62,168 nucleotides of DNA, taken from contig JAUHXL010000001.1 in the NCBI GenBank assembly GCA_030426945.1, positions 1-62,168 on the forward strand. The letters run 5' to 3'. Positions 26,841-36,999 of the stretch are shown here, piece after piece. Made by a program: the position numbers and the translations under genes. The DNA is from a bacterium. Its GTDB lineage: Bacteria; Myxococcota_A; Bradymonadia; UBA7976; UBA1532. Each line of letters begins with the position of its first letter. The first letter of the stretch is position 1. A model generated the notes under the pieces. The model did not search any database and was not told the DNA's origin. It saw only the letters and a program-made list of their open reading frames with translations.

Positions 26841-28493
26841 TCACGTCTCGGCCTGCGCGCGGGCCTTCAGCCAGTAGCGCATCACCGACGCGGCGGTCTC
26901 GGGGTTCGACTGGGCGTACTCGCGGATCTTGTCGATCATCGACGGCTCTGCCTTCTCGAGCTCGCGCAGCTGCTCCTCGCCGGGCAGCGCCAGCTGCTGC
27001 TCGCCGGGCGGCAGCTCGCCGTCGGCCAGCACCTCGGCGGTCTCGGGCTTCTCGGTCAGCGACCGCACCATCGGGCTGAACACCTTGAAGATCAGCAGCA
27101 GCGCCACCAGCAGCACCACCAGCCAGCTCAAGAGCACCTGCCAGTGCTTCTGGAACCACTGCGCCCAGGTGAGCTCGGGCACGCCCGTGCCGACCTCCTC
27201 CTGCGCGAACTGCACGTTGGCCACCTCGAGGCTGTCGCCGCGCTCGGTGTCGAGGCCGACCGCCTTCGCCACCTGCTTCTCGATGGTCTTCATCTCGGCG
27301 GCGGTGCGCGCCACATAGGCCATCTCCGGCGCCGCCGCGGCGTCGCCGTCCTCGGCGGGCGCCGCGTCCCCGGCCGCCGCGGCCTCGTACTTGCCGTCGA
27401 CGACCACGGCCACCGACAGGCGCTTGAGGCGCGCGCCGGGGCCCATGACGCGCTTGACGACCTTGTCCACCTCGTAGTTGGTCACCACCTTCTCGCGGCT
27501 GGAGTTGCTGGCGTCCCCCACCCGCACGACGCCCTGCGCGACGTTGGGATCGTTGGGGTTCGCGCCCGCGGCGCCGCCCACCCGGTTCGCGCCGTTCTCG
27601 CGCACCTCGTTGAGCGTCTCTTCGCTGCGCACGACCGACTTCTCGGGATCGTACAGCTCCTCGGTGCGCTCCTCGCGGCTGAAGTCCACCTCGGCCTGCA
27701 CCCGCACGATGGCCTTGCCGGGTCCGACGATCTTGGCCAGCACGTCCTGCGCCTTCTGCTCGAGGCGGCGCTCGAGCTCGTCCTCGAACTCGAGCGTGCT
27801 GCCGCCATCGACCATGTCACCGTGCTGCCGGTTGAGCACGCGGCCGCGCTGGTCGACCACCGTCACCTGATCGGGATCCAGGCGCGGCACGGCGCCGGCC
27901 ACCAGGTTGACGATGCCCTGCACCTGGCGCGGCGTGAGCTGCACGGTGGGCGGCATGTCGAGGATGACCGAGGCCGTCGCGGGCTTCTGGTCCTCGACGA
28001 ACAGACTCTCGGGCGGGATGGCCAGGTGGACGCGGGCCGAGTTCACCTCCTGCAGCGTCGCGACCGAGCGCGCCAGCTCCCCCTCGAGCATCCGGCGCTT
28101 GTTCACCTGGATGACGTCGTCGGGCATGCCGAACATCTCGTTCTGATCGATCAGCTCGTAGCCGACCCCGCCCGCGCCGGCGAGACCGGCCGAGGCCAGC
28201 TGCAGACGCAGCTCGTGCACCCGCTCGCCGGGCACCTCGACCGTCGAGCCGCCGCCGGTGATCTGGAAGGGCACCTTGTTCTCGGCCAGCCAGTCCCGCA
28301 CCTTGCCGGCCTCTTTCACGTCGAGGCCGCTGTAGAGGGTGCGATAGTCCGGCTGGTTCGCGAACCAACCGAGCGCCACGACCGCGCCGACCAGCAGCGT
28401 GGCCAGCGCCACGATCGTCAGCTTCTGGCCGGTCGTCAGGCGCTCGTTGAGGGCCTGGAGTCGGTCGCGGATGCGCTGGAGCGTGTCGTTCAT
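26841..28493 (-). CDS. fliF: flagellar MS-ring protein FliF
   Basis: An N-terminal TM helix is followed by YRTLYSGLDVKEAGKVRDWLAENKVPFQI. A second TM helix lies near the C-terminus. 550 aa. Confidence 0.95.
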   Translation of the reverse strand: MNDTLQRIRDRLQALNERLTTGQKLTIVALATLLVGAVVALGWFANQPDYRTLYSGLDVKEAGKVRDWLAENKVPFQITGGGSTVEVPGERVHELRLQLASAGLAGAGGVGYELIDQNEMFGMPDDVIQVNKRRMLEGELARSVATLQEVNSARVHLAIPPESLFVEDQKPATASVILDMPPTVQLTPRQVQGIVNLVAGAVPRLDPDQVTVVDQRGRVLNRQHGDMVDGGSTLEFEDELERRLEQKAQDVLAKIVGPGKAIVRVQAEVDFSREERTEELYDPEKSVVRSEETLNEVRENGANRVGGAAGANPNDPNVAQGVVRVGDASNSSREKVVTNYEVDKVVKRVMGPGARLKRLSVAVVVDGKYEAAAAGDAAPAEDGDAAAAPEMAYVARTAAEMKTIEKQVAKAVGLDTERGDSLEVANVQFAQEEVGTGVPELTWAQWFQKHWQVLLSWLVVLLVALLLIFKVFSPMVRSLTEKPETAEVLADGELPPGEQQLALPGEEQLRELEKAEPSMIDKIREYAQSNPETAASVMRYWLKARAQAET

Positions 28494-28635
28494 GATCCCT
28501 TGGTCTTCCCGGACGCGGTGCGCGACGGCACGGGTGTCGGCGGCGCCTTGCCCTCATCGACGGGCGCCGGCGTCGGCTCGGCGACCTCCAAAGTGCGCGC
28601 CACGGTTCCTCGGCGAACACTCCGGAGCGTTCGCC

Positions 28636-28959
28636 TCAGACGCTCATCCGCATGATCTCGTGATAGGCGTCGACGGCCTTGCTGCGCACCTTGGTCAGCA
28701 TCCGGAACGAGACGTCCGCCTTGTCGAGCGCGATCATCATCTCGTGCAGGTTGTTGCTGCGCCCGGTGGCCACGGCGGCGACCGCCTCGTCGGCCTGTTT
28801 CTGCACCATGTTCACCTGCGACACCTGCTCGGACAGGAACGCGGCGAAGGGCTTGCTGACGCTGTGCGGCGCGTCCGCGCGACCCACGAGCCCTCCCGGG
28901 CGCATCTCGACGGTCGGGCGGACGGGCGGCAGGCCGGTGATGTTGACTGGACCAGGCAT
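28636..28959 (-). CDS. fliE: flagellar hook-basal body complex protein FliE
   Basis: 107 aa. The C-terminus NLHEMMIALDKADVSFRMLTKVRSKAVDAYHEIMRM is FliE-typical. Confidence 0.9.
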   Translation of the reverse strand: MPGPVNITGLPPVRPTVEMRPGGLVGRADAPHSVSKPFAAFLSEQVSQVNMVQKQADEAVAAVATGRSNNLHEMMIALDKADVSFRMLTKVRSKAVDAYHEIMRMSV

Positions 28960-28970
28960 GGTCGGGCTCC

Positions 28971-29408
28971 TCAGCTGCCGATCTCGAGGGCGGACTGGGC
29001 CATCCCCTTGATCGCCTGGATGGCGGTGACGTTCGCTTCGTAGCTCCGCGAGGCCGTCAGCATGTCGACCATCTCGTTGATGACGTTGACGTTCGGCATC
29101 TCGACGTAGCCCTCGGCGTTGGCGTCCGGGTGCTCGGGGTCGTAGACCAGCCGGCCCTCGGCCTGATCGCTGGCGATGGTCACGACCTCGGCCCCCGCCG
29201 TCTTGTCGTGCAGGGTGTCGCCGAGCACCTCCTGGAAGGTCTCGCTCAGCGGGACCGCCGCCACGACCGCCGAGCGGCGACGGTAGGGGCCGCCCTCCTC
29301 GGTGCGCGTGGTCTCGACGTTGGCCAGGTTGCTCGAGGTGACGTTGATGCGCGTCCGCTGGACGGACAGCCCACTCGACGCGATGCGCATGGCGGTGAAG
29401 AAGTCCAT
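28971..29408 (-). CDS. flgC: flagellar basal-body rod protein FlgC
   Basis: The start is the ATG at 29408, which overlaps the flgB stop as ATGA. N-terminus MRIASSGLSVQRTRINVTSSNLANVETT and C-terminus VEMPNVNVINEMVDMLTASRSYEANV. Confidence 0.93.
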   Translation of the reverse strand: MDFFTAMRIASSGLSVQRTRINVTSSNLANVETTRTEEGGPYRRRSAVVAAVPLSETFQEVLGDTLHDKTAGAEVVTIASDQAEGRLVYDPEHPDANAEGYVEMPNVNVINEMVDMLTASRSYEANVTAIQAIKGMAQSALEIGS

Positions 29409-29818
29409 CAGGCGTTCCCCTCGGCGATCGCGTACTTCATCAGCGCCGTGCGCTTGTTGTAGACCTTCGACATCGCGCGGTAGAGCAGCTGGTTCTCGGC
29501 CAGCTTGCTCATCTCGTGATCGAGGTCGACGCTGTTGCCGTCGGCGTCGGGCAGGGCGTGGAAGTCGAACTCGGCTTCGCCCCGCGGCGCCACGAGATCG
29601 GGCCCGCGGTGCGCGACTTCGGTCTTGCGCAGACCGACCGGCGTGTCGCCCTTCAGGAACTGGGCGAGCTGCTCGTCGAACTTGAGGTCGACCGGCGTGT
29701 AGCCGGGCGTGTCGACGTTCGCGACGTTCGCCGAGAGCATGTTGCTGCGCTCGAGCCTCAGATCGAGGTTGTGTTCGAGCGTGCCTTGCAGTCGGTCGAA
29801 CAGGAGCTTCATCGCCAT
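29408..29818 (-). CDS. flgB: flagellar basal-body rod protein FlgB
   Basis: The start is the ATG at 29818, with a GAGGAGG Shine-Dalgarno. LERSNMLSANVANVDTPGY and the C-terminal EMSKLAENQLLYRA are present. The first 15 codons of the longer ORF overlap the predicted transcription start. Confidence 0.9.
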   Translation of the reverse strand: MAMKLLFDRLQGTLEHNLDLRLERSNMLSANVANVDTPGYTPVDLKFDEQLAQFLKGDTPVGLRKTEVAHRGPDLVAPRGEAEFDFHALPDADGNSVDLDHEMSKLAENQLLYRAMSKVYNKRTALMKYAIAEGNA

Positions 29819-29873
29819 GGTGCCTCCTCGGGCTCGGCGGCGTGGACGCCATCCGCGGCCCACCCGGGGTCAA

Positions 29874-29889
29874 AGCGAGATGCGTGCCA
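29874..29889 (-). promoter_or_regulatory. sigma54 promoter upstream of the flgB...flgE operon
   Basis: The minus strand reads TGGCAC-GCATC-TCGCT. The -24 element is perfect, the -12 GC is conserved, and spacing is exact. It lies about 55 nt upstream of the flgB ATG. Confidence 0.65.
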
Positions 29890-29997
29890 GGGGGAGGAGG
29901 ACCAGCCGGGCGGGCCGCGAACCCGCTCCGCGCCTGGCTTCGGTGAAGGTCTTGGGTGTGCGCTCGGCCCCGCCGCCAAGCGGTCGGCGGCCCGTCG

Positions 29998-32445
29998 TCA
30001 GGGCTTTGACGGCGCCGGGGGTGCGGTGGCCATGCCCGCCTGCTCGACCAAGGCGGCGGCGTCGCGCACGCGCCAGGCGTGCATCGCGCGCTCTTGATCG
30101 GCGAGCCGCCCGTACACGTCGCCCGGCGCCTCGTTCGCCACGATGTCCCACTGCCGCAGGGCCCCGCGGGCGTCGCCGAGGCTCATCAGCGACCGCCCGA
30201 TGAAGAAGCGGGCCTCGAAGCGCTCCGGCGCGTCGGGGAACTCTTCGAGGAAGGTGCCCAGGGCCGCCACCGCGCCGGCGTGGCGCGCGCGCTCGAGCTC
30301 CAGCTCGGCCACCCGCCAGCGGGCGTCGCGGCGCAGGGGCGCGTGGGGGTCGTGGCCCGCCGCGTCGTGCAGCTCGACCTGCGTCTGCAGCGCGTTGATC
30401 GCGCGGTCGACCTCGCCGGTCGCGATGTAGACCTCGGCCACGCGCCCGGCGAGCTCGATGCGCTCGTCCGGCGTCACCGGGCCGTTGAGCGCGTAGACCA
30501 GCATGTCGCGGGCGAGCGCCGGCCGGCCGCTCCACAGGGCGTGGCTGCCCTTGGCCATCCAATACGCGTAGTTGTCGAAGCGGCGCGGGTGGCGGGCGTC
30601 GAGGTAGGCCAGGATCTCCCCGAGTCGGTAGGCGTCCCCCGCCTCGCGCAGCACGCCCGCCATCTCGAGGTACAAGCGGGCCGCCGCGTCCGGCTCGTCC
30701 TCCTCGGTGCGGCCGCCCAGGCCCCGCTGCATCACGCGCAGCGCCTCCTCGACCATCGCCAGGCGCCGGAAGGCGCGGCCCGCCAGCAGGTGCATCTCGC
30801 CCCGCATCGCGTGCGCCTCGTAACGCTTGCGCTGATCGAAGTAGAGCGAGACGGCCCGCAGCGGATGCTCGTTGTCGGCGTGGCGCAAGGCCACCAGATA
30901 CAGGAGGCGGTCGAACAGCTTGGGCGCGCGGGTCAGGATCGGGGAGTCGGGGAAGATGGTCCAGAGCTTCTTGGCGTGGCCGAAGGCGTCCTGAAGGCGA
31001 CCGTCGACGAGGGCCTCGCGGGCGGACGCGACCAGCATCTCCTGAACCACGTAGTCGGTCAGCGCGCCCCGGCGCAGGTTACGCAGGATGCGGCGCCGCT
31101 CGGTCACCTTCGGCGTCAGGCGCGCGATCCGCAGGAAGGCGAGATCCTGACCCTCGGTCTCGCGCAGCGACGAGGCCAGGTCGCGGAACACCTCGACCGC
31201 CGCGGCCGGCGTCTCGAAGGCCAGCAGCTCGCCGAGGCGCACCCGCACCACCCAGTGCGGGAGATCGTCCGGGTAGCGCTCGAGGAAGGTCTCGTACAGC
31301 GCGCGCGCCTCGGGTCGGCGGCCGTACATGAAGTAGAGCTCGGCGGCCTGGAAGAGCGCGGCGGGCTCGTCGGCCAGCAGCTCCGGCCAGGTGCCGCGCA
31401 CGCGATCGAACAGGCCGGCCGCCTGCAGGAAGTCGCCCTCGACGTAGGCCAGGCCGGCCAGGCTGCGCAGCGCGAGGCCCACGACGGGGGCGTCGTCTTC
31501 GAGCGCGCGCAGCGCCTCGAGGATGGGCCGCGCCGCGCGGACATCGCTGGAGCGCATGAGCAGGCGGGCGCGGGCCGCGGCCAGATAGGCCCACCCCGGC
31601 TTGCCGACGAAGTCCTTCTCGCGCAGCTCGAGGTGAAGCTCGGCGCGGCTCTCGTAGCCGAGGCTCTCGAAGAGCTGCGCCGCCAGCAGGACATAGCGCG
31701 TCGCCCGCAGGGGATCCGTGGAGGCGGCCTCGGCGCGCTCGAGGGCGGCGGCCGCGCTGGCCAGCCGCTCGCGCCCCTGATCGACCACCAGCCGGGCCTC
31801 GACCTCGGCGATGACCTGCACCGCCCGCCGCGCCGAGATTCGATCCGGGACCGATTGGTCGACCTCGGCGCACAGCTCGAGGGCGGCCTCGAGCCGACCC
31901 CCCCGCCAGGCCTCGAAGCAGGCGTCGTAGGCCTGCGCGCCGGGCGTGTCGCCCTCGAGGGTGCTGAGGGTGGACGGGGGCAGCGGGATCTCGAACCCCG
32001 ACGGGGCCAGCGGGTACGGCCGGAAGGGCAGCTCCTCCTCGATGGGACCCATCAACGCCGTCGGCGTGCCGATCTCGATGACCCACCGGGGCGGCGCGGG
32101 CAGCACCGCGTCCTGCAGGGTCAGGCCCTCGCGCCGAAGGATGAACCGGACGAAGGGCGACTGCCGGTCGGCGCCGAACTCGACGCCGGCGGCTTCGCTG
32201 GTCGCGAGCCGCTCGATCAGCACGCGAATGCTCGGCGGAATGGCCGACACCCGACAGAAGGACTCGGCGCCACGACGCTCGCACGCGGCGGAGAAGTCGG
32301 GAGGGACGGTCAGCTCGATGCGGCGATACGCTTGGAGGGAGTCGGGCAACTCGGGCGGATCGGCGGCGACCGCTGCCCACGGGCCGGCCAGCAGCAGCGC
32401 ACCGATCAGCGCCCCCGCCCGCGGCGCGCGCGGCCGTTCGCTCAC
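29998..32445 (-). CDS. large secreted TPR-repeat protein with an AMIN-like N-terminal module
   Basis: A GTG start at 32445 forms a GTGA overlap with the stop of the GGDEF gene. The signal peptide is ALIGALLLAGPWAAVAA. The N-terminal ~120 aa end in PPRWVIEIG, which is AMIN-like. About 650 aa of TPR-like helical repeats follow. Confidence 0.75.
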   Translation of the reverse strand: MSERPRAPRAGALIGALLLAGPWAAVAADPPELPDSLQAYRRIELTVPPDFSAACERRGAESFCRVSAIPPSIRVLIERLATSEAAGVEFGADRQSPFVRFILRREGLTLQDAVLPAPPRWVIEIGTPTALMGPIEEELPFRPYPLAPSGFEIPLPPSTLSTLEGDTPGAQAYDACFEAWRGGRLEAALELCAEVDQSVPDRISARRAVQVIAEVEARLVVDQGRERLASAAAALERAEAASTDPLRATRYVLLAAQLFESLGYESRAELHLELREKDFVGKPGWAYLAAARARLLMRSSDVRAARPILEALRALEDDAPVVGLALRSLAGLAYVEGDFLQAAGLFDRVRGTWPELLADEPAALFQAAELYFMYGRRPEARALYETFLERYPDDLPHWVVRVRLGELLAFETPAAAVEVFRDLASSLRETEGQDLAFLRIARLTPKVTERRRILRNLRRGALTDYVVQEMLVASAREALVDGRLQDAFGHAKKLWTIFPDSPILTRAPKLFDRLLYLVALRHADNEHPLRAVSLYFDQRKRYEAHAMRGEMHLLAGRAFRRLAMVEEALRVMQRGLGGRTEEDEPDAAARLYLEMAGVLREAGDAYRLGEILAYLDARHPRRFDNYAYWMAKGSHALWSGRPALARDMLVYALNGPVTPDERIELAGRVAEVYIATGEVDRAINALQTQVELHDAAGHDPHAPLRRDARWRVAELELERARHAGAVAALGTFLEEFPDAPERFEARFFIGRSLMSLGDARGALRQWDIVANEAPGDVYGRLADQERAMHAWRVRDAAALVEQAGMATAPPAPSKP

Positions 32446-33884
32446 GGCAGCCGGTCTTCGGCCACCGCCTGATTGCGACCGCTCTGTTTCGCGACGTAGA
32501 CGCATTGATCCGCGCGCTCGAAGACCTGAGCGAAGGGCTCGTGCCCCCGCACCAGGGCCACCCCGATGCTGGTGCTCACCGCGATGTCGTGGCCATCATG
32601 GTGGACCGGCTTCGCGGCCAGCAGGCGGCAGATGCGGTCGGCGACGGCGCCGCCGATACGCAGATCGCAGTCCGGCAGGACGATCACGAACTCTTCGCCC
32701 CCGTAGCGGGCCAGGAAGTCGATCTCCCGAATGCCCAGCTTGAGTCGGCGCGCGGCCTCGGCCAGAACGCGGTCGCCGCCGAGGTGGCCGTAGGTGTCGT
32801 TGACGCGCTTGAAGTGATCGAGATCGAGCACGAGCACGCAGTACGCCCGCTCCAGGCGACCGTCTCCATCGTAGAGCGTCGACGACACCCACTGATCGAG
32901 GGCCCGGCGGTTGGGCACGCGCGTGAGGGGATCGAGGTTCATCGCCGCGCGCGTCTCGCTCAGCTTCCGCTCGAGCTGCTCGATCTGGTTCTGCGAGGTC
33001 TGCACCTTCTGGCTCAGATCGGTCAGGTGCGACTTCATCGTGGCCGCGCTGCGCGCCGCCTCGGCCGTCTCGGCGACCAGGGCCTTCTGCAGCGTGCGCA
33101 GCTCGCCGAGGTCGTTGCACGCCTCGAGCCGCGCGCGGATGGCGGAGGCACGATCGACGAACTCGTCCGAGCCCGCCGAGGCCGCGCTCAGCTGCTCGGC
33201 CAGCGCACGCAGGACGTCCTTGATGACGGTCTTCTGCTCGTGGACCGGCAGCCCGGTTTGCTCGAAGCGCGCCAGGTGCCCGCTGAGCTCGACGCGCAGG
33301 TTCTGAATCGTCGCCGCGTCGCTGTCCTTCAGCTGGCCCCGAATGGTCGAGAAGGTCTGCCCCACCTCGGGCAGATCGACGAAGGCGCGCCCGATGAAGT
33401 CCACGCAGCTGGCGGCCAGACCCTCGAGCTGCTCGGCGCGCCGGCGGCACTCACGGAGCGTCCGCACCTCATCGCTCGCCGACGCCCGCCGACGGGCGGC
33501 GAAGCCCTCGATCACCTCCAGATGGGGCAAGGCCTCCGCCAGCAGCGCCGACTGGCTCAGACCGCGCAGGGCCGGCACCACCTCGTCCCGGTGGACGCCC
33601 GCCGGATCCGCCGCCGGCACCAGCTGGCAGACCACCGTGCCGAGGCGCTCGACGATCTCCGACTCGCGCTCGCCCTGTCCGCTCGCCGCCCGCCCCGTCA
33701 TGACCTGAAGATCATCGACGATGCGCCGCATCTCGTCGCGCGGCAGACCCCCTTCGGCCGGCACCGCGCGGAGGCGAGCCAACGCCGACCCGAGATCCGG
33801 CCGCGCTGCCCCCGCGACCCGCGCCAATGCGGCGACGAGGACCCCGACCTCGTCGTCGATTCGAACCCGCCCTGCGTCCGCCAC
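32442..33884 (-). CDS. diguanylate cyclase (coiled-coil sensor region plus GGDEF domain with an intact active site and I-site)
   Basis: The C-terminal domain reads LVLDLDHFKRVNDTYGHLGGDRVLAE...REIDFLARYGGEEFVIVL. GGEEF is the A-site. The RxxD motif (REID) lies 5 residues upstream and is the I-site. Confidence 0.9.
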   Translation of the reverse strand: MADAGRVRIDDEVGVLVAALARVAGAARPDLGSALARLRAVPAEGGLPRDEMRRIVDDLQVMTGRAASGQGERESEIVERLGTVVCQLVPAADPAGVHRDEVVPALRGLSQSALLAEALPHLEVIEGFAARRRASASDEVRTLRECRRRAEQLEGLAASCVDFIGRAFVDLPEVGQTFSTIRGQLKDSDAATIQNLRVELSGHLARFEQTGLPVHEQKTVIKDVLRALAEQLSAASAGSDEFVDRASAIRARLEACNDLGELRTLQKALVAETAEAARSAATMKSHLTDLSQKVQTSQNQIEQLERKLSETRAAMNLDPLTRVPNRRALDQWVSSTLYDGDGRLERAYCVLVLDLDHFKRVNDTYGHLGGDRVLAEAARRLKLGIREIDFLARYGGEEFVIVLPDCDLRIGGAVADRICRLLAAKPVHHDGHDIAVSTSIGVALVRGHEPFAQVFERADQCVYVAKQSGRNQAVAEDRLP

Positions 33885-33904
33885 CGTCGCCTCCTGCCCC
33901 TGAC

Positions 33905-34888
<984 letters not shown>

Positions 34889-34924
34889 TGGGGCGACTCC
34901 GAAAGGGGTGGCGCGTGCGGGCCG

Positions 34925-34954
34925 ATTCTCGGACGCCCGCCGGCGCCCTGTCAA
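34925..34954 (-). promoter_or_regulatory. sigma70-type promoter candidate for the activator-GGDEF-TPR operon
   Basis: The minus strand reads TTGACA-N18-GAGAAT, about 30-35 nt upstream of the GTG start. Confidence 0.4.
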
Positions 34955-35087
34955 ATCTCCGTCGGTCTCGCAATCGGGGCGGCCGCGGACTATCGTCCGG
35001 TGGAACCGGCGGGGCCCCGTTGCGGACGTCGACGCCCGCGCTGCCCTGCCCTGCCCACCCGGCGCCACCGCGGGCGGAGAACCTCCC

Positions 35088-35873
<786 letters not shown>

Positions 35874-35945
35874 GCCGGGTTGATCGGCTCCGCGCGGGCG
35901 GGAGAGGACGGCGAGCGCCGAGGGCGGCCGTCCGGGGCCCGAGGC

Positions 35946-36614
35946 TCAGCTGCGGTGCTTGACCGCCTGCTTGACCATCAGCAGGCCACCGTTCGCGCCG
36001 GGCAGGCCGCCGCGCAGCAGGACCATCTTCTCCTCGGCCATCACCGCGACGACCTCGATGTTCTGGACGGTCGTGCGCTTGTTGCCGTGCTGACCGGGCA
36101 TCTTGCGGTTCTTGAACACGCGCGCGGGCGAGGTGTTCGAGCCGATCGAGCCGCCGTGCCGGAAGTACTCGTGCACACCGTGGCTGGCCTTGGTGCCCTT
36201 GAAGTTGTGACGCTTCATGACGCCGGTGAAGCCACGCCCCTTGCTCGTGCCGACCACGTCGACGCGGTCGCCGGCCTTGAAGAGGCTGTCGAGCGCGATC
36301 TCGGCGCCGACCTCGTACTCGGCGACCTGCTCCGCGGGCAGCCGCAGCTCCCGCAGGTGGCGCTTCACGAGGCGCTTGCCGTCACGCTCCGCGACCACGC
36401 CCTGCTTCTCGAAGAAGCCCTCGAGGGGCTTGCCGACGCGCTTCGCGTTCTGCTCGCCGAAGCCCAGGATCAGCGCGCTGTAGCCGTCGCGCTCCTCGGT
36501 CCGCTTGCCGACCACCAGCGTGCCGCCGGTGCGCACCACCGTGACCGGGATCTGCCCGCCGTCCTCGCGGAACACCGCGGTCATGCCGACCTTCTCGCCC
36601 AGGATACCCTTCAT
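35946..36614 (-). CDS. rplC: 50S ribosomal protein L3 family protein, outside an S10 operon context
   Basis: The start is the ATG at 36614, with a GGAGGT Shine-Dalgarno. MKGILGEKVGMTAVFREDGGQIPVTVV, GTSKGRGFTGVMKRHNF and PGQHGNKRTTVQNIEVV match L3 along its full length. Confidence 0.9.
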   Translation of the reverse strand: MKGILGEKVGMTAVFREDGGQIPVTVVRTGGTLVVGKRTEERDGYSALILGFGEQNAKRVGKPLEGFFEKQGVVAERDGKRLVKRHLRELRLPAEQVAEYEVGAEIALDSLFKAGDRVDVVGTSKGRGFTGVMKRHNFKGTKASHGVHEYFRHGGSIGSNTSPARVFKNRKMPGQHGNKRTTVQNIEVVAVMAEEKMVLLRGGLPGANGGLLMVKQAVKHRS

Positions 36615-36999
36615 CTCGAACCTCCACGGTTGCTGTTCGGCGCCCGTCCATTCGAGCGGTCCGCGCTGCGGACGTCGAGGGCACCGGGGCCGGGAGGATG
36701 CCTGCACGGGGGGAGAGAGTCAAGCCGTTCGCGGCGCTGGGGCCCGGCTCGCCAGCCTGGGGGGTCAGCTCAGCCCCGCGAGCGGCGGTCGGCTGTCGGT
36801 GGGAATCCGGAAGCCCTGCGGGTGCCGCGCGGCGCGGGGGCCCCGGCGTCGCGGCCGAGGTGGCCGGGGGCGGGCGAGGATCCGGACGCCGTGGTGGGGG
36901 CGGTGGGCCAACGGGTCCGCATCACGGCTGCGACGCAGGGTGAACCGAACGCGCGAGGTGCCGGTGCTGGGCCTTGGCGCCGACCACCGCCGCTGCGGA

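Noticed and set aside
28587-28602. A sigma54-like TGGCGC-N5-TTGG motif between fliE and fliF.
   Set aside because: The -12 element lacks the invariant GC (it reads GG). The gap is probably just an intra-operon spacer.
34970-34988. A sigma54-like GGCCGC...TTGC motif upstream of the activator operon.
   Set aside because: The GG-to-GC spacing is off by one nucleotide, and sigma54 promoters do not tolerate spacing changes.
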